DNA from: Nemertoderma westbladi
Taxonomy: Eukaryota > Animalia > Xenacoelomorpha
Direction of reading: 5' to 3'
Assembly (NCBI GenBank): GCA_032718475.1
Contig: JAUCBJ010005720.1
Location: 1-64,000, forward strand
Length of the DNA stretch: 64,000 nt
Below the pieces are notes generated by a model. The model was not told where the DNA came from, did no database searches, and was given only the letters and a program-made list of their open reading frames with translations. This document shows, one piece after another, positions 52,178-64,000 of the stretch; within the stretch, counting starts at the first letter, position 1; each line of letters begins with the position of its first letter. The translations under genes were made by a program, and so were the position numbers.

Positions 52178-53850
52178 ATGGATACCAAACCACCAACAAC
52201 GCGCAGGAAGGACTATCGAACCAACTCTGGTACGGATCAGGAGCTCAATATTCAAGACCTTGCCCGCAGACTCGGAACTCTAAAAGGGCTCGTCACTAGG
52301 GCCAACACTCGAATTGAAACACTGGTAAAACGACCAAACTCTTCCAATGATGAGATCCAACAACAATTCAAGAAAGTACAGTACGCTATCCAGAACTACG
52401 AGTTATCGTCCGGTGCATACAATCGCCTGATTCCTACTGACAATTGCAAAAACAAACTAAAACTCGAGGAACACCTGCGGCACCTCGACCAGTTCTGGCA
52501 TCAACACTCCCGGATTATCCAACTCGTCAGGAGGTACGAGGAGCGGTCAAACCGTAGACTCGAGAAAAGAGTCCGTGTCAACTGTTGCTACAAGGTGGAT
52601 GGCTACGAGCAGAACCGCTCAATCCACTTGATAATCAGAGTCTATTTTCTGGAGTGCAACCTCAACACACTCTCAAAGAAACAGACTCCAAGATCAGGTG
52701 TGGGATCAAAGAGCCTGAGTGGTCAAAGTGCTAATGGGGAACAAATATGCGCAGTGGATTTGGATAAAAATAAGCTGGCACAGGAAATGATCAACCGGCA
52801 TCCGGCGATCGATATCTAGGAAAAAGATGCAGAAATTCAGCAGGAACTCGAGAAGCGCGAAAGAGAAACTTGACTCGAAATCAAGAAATTCGAAATAGAA
52901 ATTCAGTGAGAGAATGATAAGACAAAAAAAGGAACTCAATAAAATATAAAAGATACAACAATGGGATGCAGAACAGCGATCTCAAGAAATAAAAGCAGAA
53001 AAGATAATGAAACAAAAGAAAAGTATGGACAATGCCAAATTAGCCAAGTACAAAACCGCTTTACTCGAGCTAAATCTCCTAATCAAGGAGGATAGGGAGA
53101 GAGGAATCGAATGGGAATTTGAACCCATCCCCACTCCCGAGTTGGAGAAAACCATTCCATTCGAGGAACCCACTCCTCTCCAACCAATCCTTAAAACCCA
53201 CAAACTCTCTCCCGCAGCACAAGAATTCATACCGGAAATGGACCAGGGAAGTCATAGTGCCTGATACGATCCTGAAAAGGATTCGGAGTGTAAGCGGATT
53301 CAATTCCATTGCACTATCCACCTTAGAATGGGACCAGTGGCATTTTTCCAATATAGTTGGGGATATGAGATTACCAATATTAATCTCACCTCATAACCAA
53401 CTTTGGGGGGGGGGGCATCCCGGAAGAATTCCGACCAGAAGTGGCCTGGGAATGGTCAGCACCCAAAGGGAGTCACCAAAATGGAATTACTAAACGCCTA
53501 ATTAGAACATCTCGAGAAACTCTACGGAGTATAACTACAGACAGAAACTTACACCATCAAGTTATCGCTGAAGAAACATTCCGAACTATGTTGGCGGACT
53601 ATCATACCTGTAACCTGTAGCAGCTGTGAGGCTGCAGATCACTGCCAGTTTTACATATATATACATTATACAGCCTTCAAGAAACCTATAAGGCAACAGC
53701 TGCTACAACAGATCGTACAACTAAAACTCAATCCGAGTTTCTTGATGAACGGAAAGGACGTTTTGAAACGGCGTTCCAAGATGGAATGAAAGTCGACGGA
53801 ACTTACAAATGTGGAATAAAAATTGTAACCCAAAACACAATAGATAGAAT
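52178..53850 (+). pseudogene. Decayed gag-like N-terminal region, probably BEL/Pao
   Basis: RRLGTLKGLVTRANTRIE helix, coiled-coil stretch and LSPAAQEFIP motif, with frameshifts. Confidence 0.5.
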
Positions 53851-53899
53851 TTCACTTCACAAATAATATGAAAGACTCAATTTCAGATGTACTCATAAA

Positions 53900-54200
53900 C
53901 ATGTATAGGGCCTAGTCAGTTGTTTCATTCAAAAAGTAAGTACAAATTTTAGAGAAAATGGCCAAAATCATCCACAATTAAAACTCTCTGATTGGATTAT
54001 TAATTGGCAATTCGAAATTAAGTCCAATTCATAGTTAGAAAGAACAAATGGGCTCTACCTATATAACATACACATTCTACCTCTAGGATTATAATGAGAT
54101 ATCTTATCAAATAAAGTTAGCTTTGCCAAAACAATGTGAGGGTGAGGATAGGACCACATTAGAGCGAGCCACACCCAAACATACTTCCTTGCTAATTCCC
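53900..54200 (-). mobile_element. Highly decayed LINE (CR1/L2-like) RT C-terminal fragment
   Basis: Minus-strand translation has a weak resemblance to the LGVW.D..L.W.PH...KL region. Confidence 0.25.
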
Positions 54201-54569
54201 TACGAAGATGAAGTTACATATTAATTATTCAAAGTTAAAAAATGAGCCAAGAAATTACTGCTTATTGATATTAGAAAAGTATTATGATATTGCAGTCACT
54301 GCAAACATTGCAGTTACCAGTAACATCAAACAATTAAATATTTATTGTTTTCGCTAATTTTATGATATTTACGCGAACAAACAATGTTGTTCAATAATGT
54401 TGAACTAATCATTATTCTAAAAATTTTACACAACTTACGATAGACTTTACAGTTCTAGTCTATTTGCTTAAGCTTTACAATGAAACTGAACCTCAAACTG
54501 TAAGGTTGTGGCAAAATCGTTATATAGGCTCTGGTATATGTCTTTTTTTTATTATTTTATACGTCGGTT

Positions 54570-54780
54570 TATACTGTCGGCATTACGTAACGCCGACACT
54601 GTCGGCACAACGTAACGCCGACACTGTCGGCACAACGTAACGCCGACACTGTCGGCACAACGTAACGCAGACACTGTCGGCACAACATAACGCCGACACT
54701 GTCGGCACAACGTAACTACGACACTCAGTACATTATCTGCACAGTGTTGGCACAACGTTATGCCGAGACTGTCGGCACAG
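54570..54780. repeat. 25-bp tandem repeat, about 8 copies, each with an internal inverted repeat
   Basis: Unit ACGTAACGCCGACACTGTCGGCACA containing GCCGACA-C-TGTCGGC. Confidence 0.85.
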
Positions 54781-57189
54781 CGTTTACACCCTGTAGGTTC
54801 CAACAATAAGTCCCCCTCGCAAAGCCTTCCGATATGACATATCCAGCTTTTCGACGCTTCGGTGTGGTTTACAGTAGTGCACCTATCCAGTGTCTGCTAC
54901 TGGACAGTACATTTTGAAAGTTACTTGCACGTCTAGCCAGCCACCTTGAGCTTTAGCTGTTTGCCCTCAATATTAATTTTTATTTCTCATCAATGTTAAA
55001 CTATCAATTAAGATTATATTAGGTAGCAGGTTACTGTGTCACTTTATTCTAATTGTGCAATAGCCTGCTTGTGTTTGTGTTAGTTATGTTGTGTTTGATA
55101 TATTCAATTATCAATAAAATAAGTAGCAATAAATAATATGTTATTTTTTTAAAGTTGATTTCAATTTAGCTTAGTTTGTTGTTTTTTTCTAGTTACTATA
55201 CTGGTAGTTGTTCGTGTTGATGTACTGTAGGTTGCTTGGAGTCTGTTCCTTTAGTAAAGTAGTGGCCCCGGTTTCTTTAGTTATTAAGGAATTGTTCGAT
55301 CTCTATAATAGAAAGCCCGTTCGTTATACATTCAGGGCTGATACAGGACAGGTCCTGGCTTTGTCGGCTTATTTACTTGCGGCACTATAATTAATTAACA
55401 TTACTTGGTATTTAATAACATCTAATGAAAAACTATTCCAGGGGTCTGTGATCACGTTTCAATAACAGAACTTTGGACCAAATAGATTATATTACGTGTG
55501 AAAAATAAATTTATACAAATATAATGTGTTGGAGAGTAAAACATTATAAACATTACCTATTCTTTAAACTATTGTATTTTCACACAAAACAAATAGTATA
55601 TGATGCTATTATAGTGTTTTTCAAACTTAAATGTATACCGGTAAATAAACCAAGTTGCCTTTGTGGAGGTCGGCTACATTTTGCTGCGAGGGCGGCTAAA
55701 ATATGATGCTGCAACAAAAGTTGTATGGTGTGAGTAGTATACTGTAAAAATAACCATAAAATAATTAAATTACTTCATTAAATAAATTTATGCCTACTGG
55801 TTTACTACCAAACACACCACATATTCAACGTCTACCGGTGGCCTACTACTGTAATATTGTGAATGAATCCGCTACTGTGGCAAATGTTTTTTCTTTTATA
55901 ACCGTGATCTATAATAAATCTCTCCGCAAATTATATATCTTAGAGTTTGTGGAGAAAACCCCTATTTATTTTTTCCTCGTAATAAATACTTTAGCAATTG
56001 CGTCATTTCCTTTGTACGTACTTATAAATAATGTTTTGTATTTGACAAATCTTTCTCACTAATATTTTTAAAAATGATTAAAATAATCTAAAACTAGTTA
56101 AAAAAAACTTTTCTTAACTAATTTTTTACCTTTTTAACTATTTTTTTAGCATAAAGTTTTCACACATAACCGAGTCAATGGTCTTACATGTCGATAAACC
56201 GTCTGTACGGTTATGGTGTTTGTATACATCAAGAAAGTACATACAGTAGTACTGTACAATCATACCGGTAATTAAATAGGCCAGGCCCATACATACAGCA
56301 TTAACTCAACACTTGATTCCGAAACATTTGATAAGTACAAAAATAAGTCGCATTCAACACCTGAATTGATTTCGTAATAGTTGTAAGATCATGTTAGATC
56401 GATAGGATTGTACCGATTGTTAGATCGATAGGATTGTACAATGTTAGATCGAGACTCTGATACCCATCACAACTACACTTTTTCTGTTCTCTAATATCAT
56501 TATTGATATGAATCAGAATAACACTTCATATACAATGTCATGTCTATGTATGCCGAATTTTATGTCCGTCGTCCGACCTATCCACAGTTATTGTGCTGTG
56601 CAGATCCTTGGAGAAGCCATAAACCCTGTATAATAATATAATAATAATATAATACTCCATTACACAATGTTTTCCAAAAATGCGGATATTTAGTAATATT
56701 ATGATGATACATCTAATATAGATAATGACAATAAACTAAAGTCCGCACAGATCAACTAACCTTGATCTTCACCAACCTGACACTAACTCGTTTGTTTATT
56801 GTTTCACTAAATTAATTGGCAATGGAAAGAGCCACAACTGACACAGATAATGATGTAATGTGTCTCTCGTGCGTTACTATTTCTCCTATAGGCCTGATTT
56901 TATGAGGGTGAGGGTTGTGTCGTATTATACCGTAATCAGTTGTTATATAGTTTGGGCTGTTTGTTAGATTTAGTTCTAGAATATTCAACTTAATGGATTC
57001 AATATAGTAAATATCCGTCATCAAGAAAAGTTGTAATAATGGGTAAGAAAAATAAATCCGATACAGAGATGGATAACTTTGCTGAGGTCGGTGACATCGA
57101 ACTTCAGGAGAAAGGAAAACTGTAAGTTGTAATTAATATATTATACTGAATATTTGAAAATCTATGTCAAGGTATTGAATGATGTATCG

Positions 57190-60100
57190 AATTCCACCCT
57201 GGCCCATCACAAGTTACAAACATTGTAATAGATCCCGCATTCCTGATTCCACCCTGCCCCATCACAAGTTACAAACAGTGTACTAGATCCTGCATTCCTG
57301 ATTCCATCCTGGCCCATCACAAGTTACAAACAGTGTAATAGATCCTGCATTCCTGATTCCACCCTGCCCCATCACAAGTTACAAACATTGTAATAGATCC
57401 CGCATTCCTGATTCCACCCTGCCCCATCACAAGTTACAAACAGTGTACTAGATCCTGCATTCCTGATTCCATCCTGGCCCATCACAAGTTACAAACAGTG
57501 TAATAGATCCCGCATTCCTGATTCCACCCTGGCCCATCACAAGTTACAAACAGTGTAATAGATCCTGCATTCCTGATTCCACCCTGGCCCATCACATGTT
57601 ACAAACAGTGTAATAGATCCTGCATTCCTGATTCCACCCTGGCCCATCACATGTTACAAACAGTGTAATAGATCCTGCATTCCTGATTCCACCCTGGCCC
57701 ATCACAAGTTACAAACATTGTAATAGATCCCGCATTCCTGATTCCACCCTGCCCCATCACAAGTTACAAACAGTGTACTAGATCCTGCATTCCTGATTCC
57801 ATTCTGGCCCATCACAAGTTACAAACAGTGTAATAGATCCTGCATTCCTGATTCCACCCTGCCCCATCACAAGTTACAAACATTGTAATAGATCCCGCAT
57901 TCCTGATTCCACCCTGCCCCATCACAAGTTACAAACAGTGTACTAGATCCTGCATTCCTGATTCCATCCTGGCCCATCACAAGTTACAAACAGTGTAATA
58001 GATCCCGCATTCCTGATTCCACCCTGGCCCATCACAAGTTACAAACAGTGTAATAGATCCTGCATTCCTGATTCCACCCTGGCCCATCACATGTTACAAA
58101 CAGTGTAATAGATCCTGCATTCCTGATTCCACCCTGCCCCATCACAAGTTACAAACAGTGTAATAGATCCTGCATTCCTGATTCCACCCTGGCCCATCAC
58201 ATGTTACAAACAGTGTAATAGATCCTGCATTCCTGATTCCACCCTGGCCCATCACAAGTTACAAACAGTGTAATAGATCCTGCATTCCTGATTCCACCCT
58301 GCCCCATCACAAGTTACAAACAGTGTAATAGATCCTGCATTCCTGATTCCACCCTGGCCCATCACATGTTACAAACAGTGTAATAGATCCCGCATTCCTG
58401 ATTCCACCCTGGCCCATCACAAGTTACAAACATTGTAATAGATCCCGCATTCCTGATTCCACCCTGGCCCATCACAAGTTACAAACAGTGTAATAGATCC
58501 CGCATTCCTGATTCCACCCTGGCCCATCACAAGTTACAAACAGTGTAATAGATCCCGCATTCCTGATTCCACCCTGGCCCATCACATGTTACAAACAGTG
58601 TAATAGATCCTGCATTCCTGATTCCACCCTGCCCCATCACAAGTTACAAACAGTATAATAGATCCCGCATTCATGATTCCACCCTGCCCCATCACAAGTT
58701 ACAAACAGTGTAATAGATCCTGCATTCCTGATTCCACCCTGCCCCATCACAAGTTACAAACAGTGTAATAGATCCTGCATTCCTGATTCCACCCTGGCCC
58801 ATCACATGTTACAAACAGTGTAATAGATCCCGCATTCCTGATTCCACCCTGGCCCATCACAAGTTACAAACATTGTAATAGATCCCGCATTCCTGATTCC
58901 ACCCTGGCCCATCACAAGTTACAAACAGTGTAATAGATCCCGCATTCCTGATTCCACCCTGGCCCATCACAAGTTACAAACAGTGTAATAGATCCCGCAT
59001 TCCTGATTCCACCCTGGCCCATCACATGTTACAAACAGTGTAATAGATCCTGCATTCCTGATTCCACCCTGCCCCATCACAAGTTACAAACAGTATAATA
59101 GATCCCGCATTCATGATTCCACCCTGCCCCATCACAAGTTACAAACAGTATAATAGATCCCGCATTCCTGATTCCACCCTGGCCCATCACAAGTTACAAA
59201 CAGTGTAATAGATCCCGCATTCCTGATTCCACCCTGGCCCATCACAAGTTACAAACAGTGTAATAGATCCTGCATTCCTGATTCCACCATGGCCCATCAC
59301 AAGTTACAAACAGTGTAATAGATTCCGCATTCCTGATTCCACTCTGGCCCATCACAAGTTACAAACAGTGTAATAGATCCCGCATTCCTGATTCCACCCT
59401 GGCCCATCACAAGTTACAAACAGTGTAATAGATCCTGCATTCCTGATTCCACCCTGCCCCATCACAAGTTACAAACAGTTTAATAGATCCTGCATTCCTG
59501 ATTCCACCATGGCCCATCACAAGTTACAAACAGTGTAATAGATCCTGCATTCCTGATTCCACCATGGCCCATCACAAGTTACAAACAGTGTAATAGATCC
59601 CGCATTCCTGATTCCACTCTGGCCCATCACAAGTTACAAACAGTGTAATAGATCCCGCATTCCTGATTCCACCCTGGCCCATCACAAGTTACAAACAGTG
59701 TAATAGATGCCGCATTCCTGATTCCACCCTGGCCCATCACAAGTTACAAACAGTGTAATAGATGCCGCATTCCTGATTCCACCCTGGCCCATCACAAGTT
59801 ACAAACATTGTAATAGATCCCGCATTCCTGATTCCACCCTGGCCCATCACAAGTTACAAACAGTGTAATAGATCCCGCATTCCTGATTCCACCCTGGCCC
59901 ATCACAAGTTACAAACAGTGTAATAGATCCCGCATTCCTGATTCCACCCTGGCCCATCACATGTTACAAACAGTGTAATAGATCCTGCATTCCTGATTCC
60001 ACCCTGCCCCATCACAAGTTACAAACAGTATAATAGATCCCGCATTCATGATTCCACCCTGCCCCATCACAAGTTACAAACAGTATAATAGATCCCGCAT

Positions 60101-63100
60101 TCCTGATTCCACCCTGCCCCATCACAAGTTACAAACAGTGTAATAGATCCCGCATTCCTGATTCCACCCTGGCCCATCACAAGTTACAAACAGTGTAATA
60201 GATCCCGCATTCCTGATTCCACCCTGCCCCATCACAAGTTACAAACAGTGTAATAGATCCCGCATTCCTGATTCCACCCTGGCCCATCACAAGTTACAAA
60301 CAGTGTAATAGATCCTGCATTCCTGATTCCACCATGGCCCATCACAAGTTACAAACAGTGTAATAGATTCCGCATTCCTGATTCCACTCTGGCCCATCAC
60401 AAGTTACAAACAGTGTAATAGATCCCGCATTCCTGATTCCACCCTGGCCCATCACAAGTTACAAACAGTGTAATAGATCCCGCATTCCTGATTCCACCCT
60501 GGCCCATCACAAGTTACAAACAGTGTAATAGATCCTGCATTCCTGATTCCACCATGGCCCATCACAAGTTACAAACAGTGTAATAGATTCCGCATTCCAG
60601 ATTCCACTCTGGCCCATCACAAGTTACAAACAGTGTAATAGATCCCGCATTCCTGATTCCACCCTGGCCCATCACAAGTTACAAACAGTGTAATAGATCC
60701 TGCATTCCTGATTCCACCCTGCCCCATCACAAGTTACAAACAGTGTAATAGATCCTGCATTCCTGATTCCACCATGGCCCATCACAAGTTACAAACAGTG
60801 TAATAGATCCTGCATTCCTGATTCCACCATGGCCCATCACAAGTTACAAACAGTGTAATAGATCCCGCATTCCTGATTCCACTCTGGCCCATCACAAGTT
60901 ACAAACAGTGTAATAGATCCCGCATTCCTGATTCCACCCTGGCCCATCACAAGTTACAAACAGTGTAATAGATGCCGCATTCCTGATTCCACCCTGGCCC
61001 ATCACAAGTTACAAACAGTGTAATAGATCCCGCATTCCTGATTCCACCCTGGCCCATCACAAGTTACAAACAGTGTAATAGATCCCGCATTCCTGATTCC
61101 ACCCTGGCCCATCACAAGTTACAAACAGTGTAATAGATCCTGCATTCCTGATTCCACCCTGCCCCATCACAAGTTACAAACAGTGTAATAGATCCCGCAT
61201 TCCTGATTCCACCCTGGCCCATCACAAGTTACAAACAGTGTAATAGATGCCGCATTCCTGATTCCACCCTGGCCCATCACAAGTTACAAACAGTGTAATA
61301 GATGCCGCATTCCTGATTCTACCCTGGCCCATCACAAGTTACAAACAGTGTAATAGATCCCGCATTCCTGATTCCACCCTGGCCCATCACATGTTACAAA
61401 CAGTGTAATAGATCCTGCATTCCTGATTCCACCCTGGCCCATCACAAGTTACAAACAGTGTAATAGATCCCGCATTCCTGATTCCACCCTGGCCCATCAC
61501 AAGTTACAAACAGTGTAATAGATGCCGCATTCCTGATTCCACCCTGGCCCATCACAAGTTACAAACAGTGTAATAGATGCCGCATTCCTGATTCTACCCT
61601 GGCCCATCACAAGTTACAAACAGTGTAATAGATCCCGCATTCCTGATTCCACCCTGGCCCATCACATGTTACAAACAGTGTAATAGATCCTGCATTCCTG
61701 ATTCCACCCTGGCCCATCACAAGTTACAAACAGTGTAATAGATCCCGCATTCCTGATTCCACCCTGGCCCATCACAAGTTACAAACAGTGTAATAGATGC
61801 CGCATTCCTGATTCCACCCTGGCCCATCACAAGTTACAAACAGTGTAATAGATGCCGCATTCCTGATTCTACCCTGGCCCATCACAAGTTACAAACAGTG
61901 TAATAGATCCCGCATTCCTGATTCCACCCTGGCCCATCACATGTTACAAACAGTGTAATAGATCCTGCATTCCTGATTCCACCCTGGCCCATCACAAGTT
62001 ACAAACAGTGTAATAGATCCCGCATTCCTGATTCCACTCTGGCCCATCACAAGTTACAAACAGTGTAATAGATCCCGCATTCATGATTCCACTCTGGCCC
62101 ATCACAAGTTACAAACAGTGTAATAGATCCCGCATTCCTGATTCCACCCTGCCCCATCACAAGTTACAAACAGTGTAATAGATCCCGCATTCCTGATTCC
62201 ACTCTGGCCCATCACAAGTTACAAACAGTGTAATAGATCCCGCATTCCTGATTCCACCCTGGCCCACCACAAGTTACAAACAGTGTAATAGATCCTGCAT
62301 TCCTGATTCCACCATGGCCCATCACAAGTTACAAACAGTGTAATAGATCCCGCATTCCTGATTCCACTCTGGCCCATCACAAGTTACAAACAGTGTAATA
62401 GATCCCGCATTCCTGATTCCACCCTGGCCCATCACAAGTTACAAACAGTGTAATAGATCCTGCATTCCTGATTCCACCCTGCCCCATCACAAGTTACAAA
62501 CAGTGTAATAGATGCCGCATTCCTGATTCCACCCTGGCCCATCACAAGTTACAAACAGTGTAATAGATCCCGCATTCCTGATTCCACCCTGGCCCATCAC
62601 AAGTTACAAACAGTGTAATAGATCCCGCATTCCTGATTCCACTCTGGCCCATCACAAGTTACAAACAGTGTAATAGATCCCGCATTCCTGATTCCACCCT
62701 GCCCCATCACAAGTTACAAACAGTGTAATAGATCCTGCATTCCTGATTCCACCCTGCCCCATCACAAGTTACAAACAGTGTAATAGATGCCGCATTCCTG
62801 ATTCTACCCTGGCCCATCACAAGTTACAAACAGTGTAATAGATCCCGCATTCCTGATTCCACCCTGGCCCATCACATGTTACAAACAGTGTAATAGATCC
62901 TGCATTCCTGATTCCACCCTGGCCCATCACAAGTTACAAACAGTGTAATAGATCCCGCATTCCTGATTCCACTCTGGCCCATCACAAGTTACAAACAGTG
63001 TAATAGATCCCGCATTCCTGATTCCACCCTGGCCCATCACAAGTTACAAACAGTGTAATAGATCCCGCATTCCTGATTCCACCCTGCCCCATCACAAGTT

Positions 63101-64000
63101 ACAAACAGTGTAATAGATCCCGCATTCCTGATTCCACTCTGGCCCATCACAAGTTACAAACAGTGTAATAGATCCCGCATTCCTGATTCCACCCTGGCCC
63201 ACCACAAGTTACAAACAGTGTAATAGATCCTGCATTCCTGATTCCACCCTGCCCCATCACAAGTTACAAACAGTGTAATAGATCCTGCATTCCTGATTCT
63301 ACCCTGCCCCATCACAAGTTACAAACAGTGTAATAGATCCCGCATTCCTGATTCCACCCTGCCCCATCACAAGTTACAAACAGTGTAATAGATCCCGCAT
63401 TCCTGATTCCAACCTGGCCCATCACAAGTTACAAACAGTGTAATAGATCCCGCATTCCTGATTCCACCCTGCCCCATCACAAGTTACAAACAGTGTAATA
63501 GATCCCGCATTCCTGATTCCACCCTGGCCCATCACAAGTTACAAACAGTGTAATAGATCCTGCATTCCTGATTCCACCCTGGCCCATCACAAGTTACAAA
63601 CAGTGTAATAGATCCCGCATTCCTGATTCCACCCTGGCCCATCACAAGTTACAAACAGTGTAATAGATCCCGCATTCCTGATTCCACCCTGCCCCATCAC
63701 AAGTTACAAACAGTGTAATAGATCCCGCATTCCTGATTCCACCCTGGCCCATCACAAGTTACAAACAGTGTAATAGATCCCGCATTCCTGATTCCACCCT
63801 GGCCCATCACAAGTTACAAACAGTGTAATAGATCCCGCATTCCTGATTCCACCCTGCCCCATCACAAGTTACAAACAGTGTAATAGATCCCGCATTCCTG
63901 ATTCCACCCTGCCCCATCACAAGTTACAAACAGTGCAATAGATCCCGCATTCCTGATTCCACCCTGGTCCATCACAAGTTACAAACAGTGTAATAGATCC
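57190..64000. repeat. 55-bp minisatellite, more than 120 copies, running off the window end
   Basis: Unit GATCCCGCATTCCTGATTCCACCCTGGCCCATCACAAGTTACAAACAGTGTAATA. Confidence 0.97.

Noticed and set aside
57069-57121. Possible first coding exon MDNFAEVGDIELQEKGK followed by GTAAGT
   Set aside because: Too short, with no recognisable homology and no downstream exon in the window.

Overview
Repeat-rich animal (invertebrate-type) genomic DNA. The only clear host gene is the 3' half of a plus-strand SLC6 (GABA/taurine/creatine-type) transporter: five exons, 19335-27043. Its upstream exons are not visible and probably lie before the window. Most of the rest is nested transposable elements and minisatellites. 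There are three related copies of a non-autonomous BEL/Pao-type LTR retrotransposon. Copy C is a 5' LTR plus leader at 1-1827 (minus). Copy A is at 1828-12242 (minus). Copy B is complete at 36604-48768 (plus) with a GGTGG target-site duplication. Where coding sequence is visible (A and B), it encodes Gag-protease with RT, most of RNase H and integrase deleted. B sits inside an older, decayed BEL/Pao pol that also carries a piggyBac-type insertion and a hammerhead-like insert. Large arrays have 32-, 55-, 33- and 55-bp units. Main finding: none of the three copies has a tRNA-type primer-binding site. Instead, the 11 nt immediately after the 5' LTR are exactly complementary to an 11-mer at the same position inside the element's own LTR. 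The pair co-varies at 4 of 11 positions between subfamilies. This suggests Tf1-like, tRNA-independent self-priming in a BEL/Pao lineage.
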